A stretch of DNA of 64,000 nucleotides from Phoronis australis (lineage: Eukaryota > Animalia > Phoronida). A program made the translations under genes and the position numbers. Positions within the stretch are counted from its first letter, which is position 1, and every line of letters begins with the position of its first letter. The stretch covers positions 677,192 to 741,191 of the forward strand of contig NMRA01000157.1 in the NCBI GenBank assembly GCA_002633005.1, read 5' to 3'. Shown in pieces: positions 24,901 to 36,069 of this stretch. The notes under the pieces were generated by a model. That model was given only the letters and a program-made list of their open reading frames with translations. It had not been told where the DNA came from and ran no database searches.

Positions 24901-27900
24901 GATACAGCTCTATAGCCCAAGGATTTCGGGATCATATCTTTCAAATGAACTTTTCCCGAAACTGGGTCAAACAAAACGACCTTGGAGCCAGAACAAGGGT
25001 ATAGGTTCGAGTTAAGCCGCACGTTTCAAATGAATCATAGCGGAGCTGACCAGCGACTAGCATTAGTTCGCGGGAGCAGCTAATTTCTTGACTAACACCT
25101 GCTTCTAAATCTGGATTTAAGCAAAATGACAAAAGTCCACGCTTACACACATGCAAGCGTATCCAAATACAATTAAATGTATTTTCATGTGAAACCATTC
25201 AATGTTCTTTGAACACTGACTTGTGTGAGTTCTTAATTTTCTTAGATCTGCCCAATCAGGTAGAACTGCGTTTCAAGTCATTCACTTTCGGCACCTGAGG
25301 GTTGAAATTGGAATTTCGCGTCGTATGACGTTGTATGACGTCATATGACGTAGGAGATGCGAGCCTCATTTGCATATATTAGTGACATCTGTTGGTTCAA
25401 AAAAGAGGCTCATGCCCGAGTACATGCCTGGGAAGAGGCATCTTTTGGAAGGGTAAAGCATGTCACGTTCAAAGCGTCCCAGTGCCAGTAATATGCAGTC
25501 TTTGGGGACCAAAGTGGTGTCACTTTATAGCTAAAGAGCTAAGCTTTCAAACACAATGCTTGGATTCCAGCCGACAAACATTTACTTTTGAAATCACTTT
25601 TCAAAACAGGGTTAAAATGCGCTAAAACAGTTGTCCCTTCCTGGTTATCTCTTCCTGCTATCACTTATAATTTCTCGTGCCTGCCATATTGTGTCCTAAA
25701 TGGGTGAGATTTTACTATGGTGTAAGTTTCATGTCTTAAGTTTCATTAGCTGGTGGATTTTTTTGCCGTGGTCCACTTCAACTCAACCTGAACAAACATA
25801 ATGAGGTGCATTTGCAGATCTCAATTGGGGACTGCATTCTAGTTATTTCATCAAAGTTTCTTCAAATGTTATGAGGAAGAATTCTTAAAACTCATTTTTC
25901 CTTTTTTATTAATTTGTAATTATGCATTTTACCATGTGTTGGTTGATGAATGTTGTGTATTACAGAATATCATGAAAACGAAAAAAACATGACATATTTT
26001 TGTTTCAAAATTAGGCAAAACATTTTTCTTTTCTTTGATATGGTATTCTAAATTTAAGAAGCATTAGCCTATCAGTACTTGATTTGGCGACGTACGACTT
26101 CAGATTGTGCTTGGCCATGTGGGAAAAATCGCAAGTCACACAGTGTGTCGTACAATAATTATCCTGAAATCCGTTTCAAAATTTGTGGTGACTAAACTTT
26201 AAATTATTAACACTTCTCCTAGATTCAATACCTTTGCTTCACAATTGTACCATTTATTTCTTTATTTCATGAAATCAGTGCATTTGCCACCCTCTCCAGT
26301 CTGTGCACATCAAACATGCGCTTGAACAGGAAGTAAACTAAAAAGAAAAATTGGGCAAGATCTGACTTTGAAACATGTGCCTCCAGTGTACCCGATTATT
26401 TGGATTCTTCGATGGCTGGAGAGGAATTATGTTATAGATACAACAGTACATATATTTTACATGGAGAAGTGAGAGAGATGCGCATTATTTTTTGAGAATG
26501 GAGTATGGCACTTTTTTTCTTTGGTTGGCGATTCTGACATCAGTTTCGGCCTCCTCGGATTTCGTTTGGTCCCCTGCATTGTGTGACGTGGCGTCAAGAT
26601 AAATGTCGAGCACAGCCTTTGTAACAAATATTAACATTTTAATTTTAAAATGTTCACCAAGTAATGTGTGTATTGTTTTTTTCAGACATGGAGACATGTT
26701 GTATTTGCACCCTTCATCCTCTGAACATTCTAACATGGAAACAACTGACTCTGCAAGCGTAGGAGAATCTAGTCACACACAGCTGTCTCGCCCTGGCTCA
26801 GCTCTGAGTACAGTGTCAGTCACTGAAGATCCTGTTGATTTGGAATTATCCAAAATGGATGGCCGTATCAGGAGAGAAAGGGATGAGCAATAGTAGGGAA
26901 CAAGCTGTTATTTCATAAAGGGAAACTAAACTTTACAATCTTTTATGTGTGTACCAATGTTCAAATCTGTTTGTATTTTGCTACAATCACAATTTGTGTA
27001 GTGACTGGCGCAAAGTTTAAACTACACGCAAAATTGATGAAGCTCTCCAATGCCAATGTAAATAACTTGACTAGAAGTCTATAATGTATATCCAGCTTCT
27101 CAATTTATTCATTTGTTCATGACCAATCCTAGTCTCGTTTGCTCATTTTCTAGTCCTGTGAAGACGTTGGATGCATAAGTTTGTTGATCAAAATGTTGAA
27201 TTATGTTCATGGTGATATAATGGGTATGAGCAAAAAATGGAAATTGTAAACACTGCGTGATTGTTTCTAGCACATTTTGATCTCAAGAAGTTTTTATTTA
27301 TTAAAAGCAATTCAGGTGTTATAAGTATTTATGTTCAATTTTTGTTGCTCAAATCTGTACAAAGTAATGTTTGTCTGCATTGTAGATTCAACTGTGTACA
27401 GATGGCCTACTTATACTTCACTTCTTTCATTTCAGTTGTCGCCATGGACCTCATGGGAAATGCTTACATTGTGTTCCTCTTGAGGTGAGACTCACTTTAA
27501 GTCGATGACTAGCCAGTTATGGGGCAATTTTTGTTCCTCAAGCTTCCCTTTAACTATCGTTTGATAATTTTTTGTACAGAAGAGCAGTTTCAAATAGTGT
27601 TAGGATAAACTGACTTCAAGGTCAATTTTTCATCCGGAATTGTTGAAATTGTAATTTATTACTTGAAAGTTGGGCGCCTAACTGTCAACAGGTTTGACTT
27701 CAAGATCTTTAGAATAACTAGGAACAGACGCAAGGACTTGCACGAAAATTTACAAATTTTAGTGGCATTGTCCCCTAACTGTTGTGAAACTTCTAACTTA
27801 GGTTGACGAAATTGATTGACAGAACTTTTTGCCTTGCAAGATAAAGTACATAGTCATGTACATTAAATTGGAACTGTTTGTACAATGTATGGCAATGTTA

Positions 27901-30900
27901 ATTAAGAGATTTCAATTCTTAAAATCACCCCATCAGCCTTTACACCCTTCAGAGTTCTATATTAATACAAGTAGTTTTCTTTTATATTGTAAGGAAATGC
28001 AGCTTGTCGATAATTGTGTTTTGATTATTATCTAATCATAGCTATTAGGTTTGTTGTTGATTTTTATTACATATGAAACTTGTTAGAATGATGTTAAATT
28101 TTTATCATTTGTAGCCATTTGATGAGAAATATCTTAATAGCTTGGATCCACCGATCAAGTTTCTCTCTTTCCACTCACATATCAGGAAGTTACTGAGCGG
28201 AGTAGACAAGTGAGTAGCCTAAAATCTAAGCTAAGCTCTTGGTTTATGAGTAACCAGGAATTAACCAGCAGTTTGAAAGGTTTAGTTGACAAACATGTCT
28301 TGTAACCCTTTATTAATAAGATTTAGTAGATTTATTACATCAAGTTTTGTCCAAATTATTACGCTAAGTTTAAAAGTTGATGCTACTTGAAATGGAATGA
28401 AGTCGTGCAATAGAAATTCATTTTCATTCCACAGGGGGAAGTTTGTCAACCTTGAGAACTTAAGCTGCAAGATAAAACCTGGCTGCAAGGAGCACCCCCC
28501 ATGGCCAGCTGGTATTTGTACAAAGTGTCAGCCTAATGCTGTCACCCTGAACAGACAAGTAAGGCAGACATGAGTAACACAACTAGGGTGGAAAAACAAT
28601 TCCGACCAACTGAGCTGTCTTGTATGTCTTTCCATGAAAAATTGTTCTTTAGGGCTTTTGTGTCAGTATCTTTGTGAACAAGTTGTTTGGGTACATGCTA
28701 TACCTACTAGAAATACACGTAAAGTGAAAGTCACCTGTATATTAAAGGTGCCAAGATAAACTTTGGCAAATGATCCTTTTTCTTCTCTTCCAATGTACAA
28801 AAAGTCGGTCTCATAGCGCTATTTTCATAAGACTCCAATCTCGTTGGGACTACAGGATATACTGCTTCGGGCATGTCACTACAAGTCACTGCATGTCCGC
28901 CAACGATCTAAGTTTGAGGGTGTGCATTCTTTATTAAACTTAAATTCATAAGTAAATAAAATAGATGCTGGAATGCCGAGCAGTTACCGACGAATAAGAA
29001 TATAAAATATTCGGCAGTCTGTGTCATGCCTTTGATAAAGAGCATACCCCTCGAAACGTAGGGAATACTTTAATATATTTTAGTACGGATGCTTGTTGTT
29101 TTACTTTTATGAACTTAAATTCATCTGTTAAAGAACAATGTCAGTCATTTTTGAGTACTTGTATGCATCATTTTCCTTAACAATTATATCACGGGTGTTT
29201 GGTTGAATTTCTCAAAATTTATCTCCTCAAGCATTGCCTCTGATAATAGTGTATGTTTTGACCTGCAGAAATTTCGTCATGTGGATTACATAATGTTTGA
29301 GAACCCTCAGCTTATGGAACGCTACCTGAACTATTGGCGCAAGACTGGCTGCCAAAGGATTGGCTTTATGTATGGTGTCTATGAACATCATAAAGACATG
29401 CCACTTGGTATTAAGGCTACAGTGGCAGCAATTTATGAGCCACCGCAGGTAATTTGAAAGGCACACCTTTAAGCACTAGTGATGTGATCATTTTTGCCAT
29501 TTGGCTTGAGATTCTGCCATATCATCATTTTGTCTAGAACATGGAAATATAGTTACATGGAAATTTGTATTCTGGAGACATTTTGTATTTTTTGTAACCT
29601 TGCAGATACCTTGCTTGACAAACATTTTTACCTTTACATTCAATCACTGGAACAAATGGAAGATCACAGTTTGTCCTAATAAGATGTCAAAGTGAGCACT
29701 ATGGCTGGACTGTTAATTTATGTATTGGAACGCAAGACAAGACAGATGATAGGTTTAAGTGTCTTACCTTGAAATGTTATGATTAAAGTGTCAGTACAAT
29801 TCCCTGTCATGTGAGATTCATTCAAATTTGTAATCACTGACAACAGAAATACATAGCTGCTGTGGATCTACCCATGTGCTCTGTAATAAGATTTTATTGG
29901 TCGGTTCAACGAGCATGGGCTGTTTTTTCAGGTCAGTAGTAAGAACTCTGTTGAGTTACTCGAGGATCCAAATGAAGTGGTTGTCCAAGAAATAGCCAGA
30001 AAACTGGGTTTACAGAAAGTTGGCTGGATATTTACGGATTTGGTTGCACAAGATCTACAGAAGGGTACTGTGAAACATTTTCGTGGCAACATGGTGAGTA
30101 ATTGGGAGAAAGGTGTTGGGGTACAGTGCTTGCTTCAAAAACTTTGTATGGGGACAGTGTTAGGTTTTCAGTGCATTGGGTTGTTGTCCCAGTTTTACAC
30201 AGTTGCACCACATACGGAGTGATAGATTACTGTGCAATTAAATTTCTTGATGCCAAACTGTATTTGATCTAGCTCGGTTAACGTGCTGTGTTAGCATTTT
30301 CGGCCTCGTGAAAATACTCACTCGGCGCATCAACCTCGGCTTATAACACACCCATATAAAAACACGTGTAGTTTAACATATATGTACTGATAACTTTTAT
30401 GCTCCCAAATATATACGCTCATTGTAGTTGTAATTTGATTGTTAGAGACTTGAAATTGAAATACATGATATCTGTATAGTGTTAAAGTTACATCATTGTT
30501 GAGATTTTGTCTCCTGATGATATTTTTTGGTTAAATACATAGATTGGAAAAAGAAATTCTGTCTCTAACTTGTTTTTTGAGCTAGGCTTATGTCTAACAC
30601 ATACCAATTGCCCAACAGACAAAGACAATGTTAAACCATTTAATGAATTGTAATTTGATGACAAAAATGATGTCTTACAACTCATTCATATTATCAAATT
30701 AACAAAGTTGGATTTAATTGATAAAACACTATTCACTTCTTATTTCAATGTAAATTCAAACAAAACAATTATCCATTAAAAGTCTGATCTGGACTAACAT
30801 TATTTGGATCAAATTGATACAATTTAAGTTTAACAGTAATTTGAACTATATTTCAATGTAGCCAACACAACAATTTACTTTAATGATTGTGTATAGGCTC

Positions 30901-33900
30901 AAATGTAAGTGCTGAGTAATTGTATGTTGTATGCACATTTTTAGAATGTACTAATGCTCTGCATTGTTCTTATTGGCACTTAGATACACTTGCATTATAC
31001 TTTCAAGTTATTGACTCAATAGTAATATTCTTAGAAGCACGAGTCTTGACACTGTAATCTTGCTGTGCAATTTATTGAAAGTTGAATGAAAAGTCTTGAG
31101 ACAAAAAGGCAGCTATTTTATCACTAGAACGTATGTCTTAGATTTTGAATCACATGACAGTTGATGAACTTTTGTTTTACCAGGATTCCCATTTTCTGAG
31201 TGCGGAAGAGTGCATAATGGCTGCTGTTCTCCAAAATAATCATCCCAACCCATGCAAGTACTCTGCAGATGGCCACTATGGATCGAAGTTTGCCACAGTC
31301 GTAGTTTCTGGTGGGTACTTAACATGTGTATTTAACGCCCCATGCAATGTCATCTATGGTACATGTTTTGGGGCAGAACCTTTTGTTTTTAATACCGTAT
31401 GTTAACCATCCTAATTACATGTCATAACATTGTAGACCCAATGGAGTGCAATGCACTTTCTTCAGTAAGTCGCCACCACAATCTGTTTCCAGTTTGAACT
31501 TTGTGACTTACTTTGACGTAATTAGTGCTACATGGGCCAAGTACTCCTTAAATGACTATCCTTGACAAATTCTCTGTTTGTGAGTTGAGTGGAAGACTGT
31601 GTACTAATGCTCCCAATTTCATGGTAAACAACAGACAGTTTAGTAATGTCTCTGCATAAATGTGAAACAAAGGGTAAGGTAGACCTGGCGACATTATGTC
31701 AATAAATTAATCTGGAAATTACTTGTTTCCTCTGTAGTTACTTCTTTTCTTGTTTTCTCCTTCTGTAATGGTCTCAGTGTCTATTTTGTCTTGTGTGTCC
31801 ATGAGATCGAAGTGATATCTACTAACCAGTGTGTGGAACTGTATTGAACAGCCAAGATTTACTCTGGTTTCAGGTGATAAGGATAATCAGATCCACTTTG
31901 AGGGTTATCAAGTATCAGATCAGTGCATGGCACTTGTCCGCGATGACTGTCTGATACCAACAAGAGATGCTCCTGAGCTGGGTTATGTTAAGGAGTCTAC
32001 TAATGATCAGTATGTGCCAGATGTCTTCTATAAGGTAACATTTCACGTTTTTGTTCACGTAGTTATGATTGTTCACTGTCTGTGCTCTTGGGAAAAACTT
32101 CTCGTTTATCTTCGTTTACTTATTCAAATGGCATGGCACTCTGCAGTTGTCAGGTATCCAATTTTGAAAAAAATATCACATTGTCACAGCGCTTTTCACT
32201 GTTACTTGCGTAGTTCTGTACAGTTTTATGAAACAAAGAGTTTTCTGTATGTTCACACATACTTTTAACTCATGAATAGCAGGAATTCTGGACCAATGGT
32301 ATGTCTCTTGCATGCAGTCACTACTTGAATTTGGTGACAACATTTTTGAAAACGTTTGGTGAACATTTCTTAGATGTATTACCCATCTCAGCCAAAAGCA
32401 GTTTAAGCTCATTTTCGTACACAATAGCCAATGAACAGACTGTATGTACTGCGTTAACTACAAGTATGTTTTCTGTTTTCTAGTTTAAGGACAAGTACGG
32501 TAACGAGGTGACCCAGTTAGCACGACCTTTACCTGTGGAGTACTTGCTAATAGACATGCCAGCAGCTTTCCCTGTTGATTCCCAGTACACGTTCAGCTAT
32601 AACAGTGATACATGCTTCCCTGTTGAAAACAGAGATGCCCTTGGGGAAATACAGGTATCCACACAGTTTATTAAAACAACACGAAACCAATAAAGACCGA
32701 CAGGCATACAAACCAGAGTTAGAACAACTAATAAGGTTAAGGTATAACTAAAAGAAGGAAAAAGAGGAGGCTGTGTGGCCTTGTGGTTTGAATGTCTGTC
32801 TCCTGTTCACAAGGTTGTAGGTTCGAATTCCACTGCTAGATTCTTGAATCAGGTCTTTATCTCCTCAGCTCATGTTACATTAGTTTATATGCCTATGTGT
32901 GTAATTTGTGTTTATCATTGAATTAAAAATGGATTCAAGTGATTGGTGCAATGGACATGACGGAGCGACCTGCTCATGTCTGATGCAATATGTATCAGAC
33001 CACTTGCATTATTCTGATGAACAAATGACACAAAAAAGTGGTTACTTATTTCTAAGTTGCCTTTGTGACACTGATTCCTGCTGTGGTCTTATTGATCTGC
33101 CGAATGCAACCTAATTGTTCCTTTTGACTTAAAAGAAGTAACTAGTGTTTGTTGTGTCAAATGAAATGTGAATATTATTCAAGAGCTTGTGCCCAGTTCC
33201 AATGTTTCCTTCTTCTCCACTACAGGTGGTCTTGACTATTTGTGAATGTTTCAAAGTAAAGCGGTTGAGTATTTTAAAAATCATGTTTTCTTATGTTGCT
33301 AAAGCATTCCTAGGACTATCTGGATAGCCAAATACATACAGAATAACAAAAGTATGTTCAAGGAATGCTTTTTTCTCAGTAACGTCAGGATTTTTCTGTT
33401 CTTGTTTGAATGACAGAGTGACCCTTAACTTTTGCTGTACTATGTTACAGGATTTCAATGCCCTCACCACGTATATGAACCAGTTTCCCAAAGAAAAGTT
33501 CCTAGAGGCAGTATCTGATTTCCATCTACTTATATACCTGGCCATGTGTGATGTGATGCCATTAAGGGTAAGCATCTTGCTGTTCTAGTCTTACATTCTA
33601 TTTCCTGTAGTCTGTGTCACATGACTTTACTGTCATGGATTACATATTTTAACCACAGGATTCATTTCCACAGTAAACAAGTCTGCAACAATACTTGCAT
33701 TAGTGGACCTTAGGTTTCATTTTTGGTTAGAATCTGTTTATTGTGCTTCAGTTTCATTATGAAAACACTACACTTTGAGATTTGAGTATAGCTGGTCAGT
33801 TTGGTTCAAGGTTTTATGTGTTTCACACCATTCATCTGTGTTGTAGGATCACATGGACATGTTACTGGAGGCAGTAAAAACTAAGAGTGTTGAGGCCGCC

Positions 33901-35247
33901 CACCACTGGTCCAAGTGTGAACAGTGGGCAACATTGGAGCAGCTCATGCATCATAGTGGTGAGTCTCTCAACAAGGTTTTGTTGTTCAGTTTATCTATAT
34001 TCAGCCCTTATGTGGTGTTTAGAGCCTCATGCCTGTTGCCCAGATATACTGTTAGTTCAGTTTTGGCCAGTTATGTCATCTCTTGTATTTATCAATACTA
34101 CTGATGTTAAAAACCCCTCTTGTAGTGATATCTGTGAAACCAGTGTTTCAGCTCATGTTTTAGTGTTGATATTTTTGTTTTGGTTCTTAAATTCAGCAAT
34201 ATAGCATTCCTGATTACGCATGATAACACAGTGCATCAAATGACATTCATTGACTGAATTAGGAGGTATTTCTGATCTTGTGAACAGCTGTTTGGTTGTT
34301 ATTGCATGAGGCCATGATTGACACATAAAATGACCAGCCAGGTGAAGACAAACTATTCACCTTGACACATAAAATGACCAGCCAGGTGAAGACAACCTAT
34401 TCACGTTGGTCTCGAGATAACAAACTGTCATTCTTCCCAAGCCCATAAATTACTTCTAATCTGACTTTAAACTTTATAGTTAAATCATTTTTTATCAAAA
34501 AAACGTTTCTTTTGAGAAATTATATTTATAACAGTGTAATATGTAAAGTCGATTAAATACACGACACTTGTCGTTACTAACAATCTTTATTCTGTTCCGT
34601 TCGTATCCTCAGAAGGGAATAAAGATTGTTATTAACGACAAGTGTCGTGTAATCAATTTTGCATATCAGAAAACTTGCTCCCTGGGAGTACAGCCAGCAG
34701 TGCAATAGCTAAATTCTGACTGGTCGCTATTACTCGCAGACACTTCAGCAGGCGCAGGCAAATCTTGTAGTGATTATGGTACTGATGTCTAGGCACTCTG
34801 GCATCTCTTACATTTTAGCTTAAACTTGTACAAGTTTTCTTTTGTTTCTTATGAGTAAGTGTCTCGTTTTAGTCAATTGTTTGATAATGACTTCTGGATG
34901 ACATTATCCAAAGAAGTGCTCTTCACGTACAGTTGTTTTACTTGTGATGTGAATAATAGGACACCAGTTATTGCAACATGTTCATGGTGTCACAGTATTA
35001 AATTCCCTACCGCCAACCTATTTTGTCTTATGTGTGAGATTTCTAAATATCATTTCACAACCGTAAACATTTTCATATTCCAGTGCCATCACCTACTCCA
35101 GCAGCAAGTTCAAACCAGTTTGTTGGTCCCAATGCCTCACCACTGCCCCCTATTGGTAGTTCTACATCATTATGGACTTGCAGCCATTGCACATACATCA
35201 ACCAGCCAGCTCACCAGAATTGTGACATGTGCGGACTACCCAAGTAG
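12970..35247 (+). CDS. NPLOC4: Nuclear protein localization protein 4 homolog (p97/VCP-UFD1 cofactor), ~626 aa, 15 coding exons
   Basis: Exons 12970-12984 (MSTVI), 17757-17840 ([14 protein letters not shown]), 18037-18149, 26686-26892 (HGDMLYL), 27436-27484 ([16 protein letters not shown]), 28115-28209, 28435-28558 ([17 protein letters not shown]), 29269-29448 (FRHVD...AIYEPPQ), 29932-30093 (VGWIFTDL), 31184-31310 (FLSAEEC...GSKFATVV), 31874-32034, 32484-32654 ([16 protein letters not shown]), 33451-33567 (SDFHLL), 33847-33958, 35084-35247 (NZF finger [10 protein letters not shown]...CDMCGLPK*). All GT-AG and phase-consistent, 1881 nt. Confidence 0.96.
13240..13625 (-). mobile_element. Two tandem tRNA-derived SINE-like heads
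   Basis: Minus-strand TGGCCGTTTGG...GGATTCAAGTCC (about 13325-13270) and a related GGTTCAAATCC copy (about 13620-13570), both followed by AATTTTCTACA. Confidence 0.45.
13872..15287 (+). mobile_element. Non-autonomous TIR DNA element (Tc1/mariner-pogo-like ends)
   Basis: Left end TA|CTGTATTTCCCCTAATAAGCG; degenerate inverted right end CGCTTATAGGGGTAAAAAG. No transposase recognised. Confidence 0.6.
14899..15214 (+). pseudogene. HIRAN-like domain pseudo-ORF inside the TIR element
   Basis: [20 protein letters not shown] (TAG at 14935-14937 where W is expected), then a frameshift to NPVGQYA...VMGHV...[14 protein letters not shown]...GLQIPC. This fits the recalled pattern xRGxHxYKxxW...NxxDxYA...VGHVP...GLEIPC. 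Confidence 0.7.
15287..16385. repeat. Right arm of long diverged inverted repeat
   Basis: Inverted counterpart of 10858-12132, e.g. AAATAATTTAGTTTACTCA at 15596 and GACTTTGGTGAAGAATTCCAA near 15998. Confidence 0.85.
18455..19270. mobile_element. PIF/Harbinger-like MITE
   Basis: TIRs GGGCTGTTCCAGCAAAATCTGTATGGGAGGGGGGG / CCCCCCCTCCCACACGGATTTTACTGGAACAGCCC, flanked by a TAA duplication. Confidence 0.85.
20661..20773. repeat. 43-bp inverted repeat hairpin (Penelope-like remnant)
   Basis: Arms 20661-20703 and 20731-20773 match 40/43. Read on the minus strand, the loop contains CTGAAGAAGAGCCCGA. Confidence 0.75.
22746..23223. other. Assembly gap (478 N)
   Basis: Run of N. Confidence 1.
23224..24153. 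mobile_element. Kolobok-like internally deleted element with THAP and KolX-like fragments
   Basis: Minus-strand THAP-like [11 protein letters not shown]...ISFFRLP...RKW...EH from 23980, convergent with plus-strand [12 protein letters not shown] at 23661. Right end ...GCATTCTCCT|TTAA. The left end is probably in the gap. Confidence 0.6.
28908..29062. repeat. Inverted pair of Penelope-like end motifs
   Basis: TTGATAAAGAGCATACCCCTCGAAACGTAGG near 29031 and a degenerate inverted copy near 28908. Confidence 0.4.
32769..32840 (+). mobile_element. tRNA-derived SINE head
   Basis: A-box-like TGGCCTTGTGG and B-box GGTTCGAATTCC without a complete cloverleaf. Confidence 0.5.
34318..34404. repeat. 44-bp direct tandem duplication
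   Basis: TTGACACATAAAATGACCAGCCAGGTGAAGACAA(A/C)CTATTCAC x2. Confidence 0.9.
34558..34651. repeat. 35-bp near-perfect hairpin
   Basis: Arms 34558-34592 and 34617-34651 match 34/35 around a 24-nt loop. Confidence 0.9.
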
Positions 35248-36063
35248 TATCGACTATGCTTCTGTGCCTAGCCAAGATAACTGTACAATGTGATACCTCT
35301 CCAGTTGTGCTTTTTTCCTGTATATTTTAGCTGACACCTTTCTGAAAGAAATGTACTGACAATGAATTGTTACCTGCCCAATCCTGTAGTTGTTATTTAT
35401 ATCCTGGACTATTTATGATTCTGTTACTGGCTCTGCTCTGTATGCTTTTTGTTGTGTTTCACTTAGCCTCACTCTCTTCATTATGAAAAAAGTAAATTTC
35501 TATTGCCGTTGGTGCTAATTTCTCTGCATCTTTGGTCCAAGAAAATGTTTTTATCAGTCTTTTGAAGTGTTTTTGTGTCTGTGCACACAACTTACAGACG
35601 AGAGTGTGCCAGAAATACCACCCATTATACACCTAATTGTTCAGAGGGTTTGAAAAACATGCTTATACTGAAAGCCTCATGAGCAAAAAAAACACTTGCA
35701 CAGCATTTGAACTTTTAGACATCTGAATTTTGGAAACAGTCGGCACTCCAGTATTTTAGGAACCAGTTTTCTCCACTGAATAGAGGGCATCAAACTGGTT
35801 CTCAAAATCGGGGATTCCTTATTGCCTTAATTTGTACAGTGCTCCTGCTGGTAGTATGGCCCTGGTGTTATCAAGTAGTGGTGGTTGTTTATTAAGTTGA
35901 AAGGTGTAGTGGAAATTTCTTAGAGAAATTTACAATATAGTTCATGATGACAGTAAAGAAACAAAGAACTCTTATGCACAACACTGTTACACATTTTACA
36001 CAGCCCTCATGCATGTAGCCATTTAACCCATTGTTAATATATGAACCTCATGTTGTGATTTAA

Positions 36064-36069
36064 AATAAA
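36064..36069 (+). terminator. Probable NPL4 polyadenylation signal
   Basis: AATAAA about 820 nt after the stop, followed by a T-rich tract. Confidence 0.55.

Larger units (their letters stand above)
20795..25657. mobile_element. P-superfamily-like DNA transposon, 4.86 kb including the assembly gap
   Basis: Perfect 28-bp TIR CAGGAAGAGATAACCAGGAAGGGACAAC (20795-20822 / 25630-25657), CA...TG termini and a perfect 7-bp TSD CTATCAC (20788-20794 / 25658-25664). Confidence 0.88.

Noticed and set aside
32769-32840. tRNA gene
   Set aside because: A and B boxes are present but there is no proper acceptor stem or cloverleaf, so it is treated as a SINE head. Similar heads occur near 13300, 16390 and 46840.
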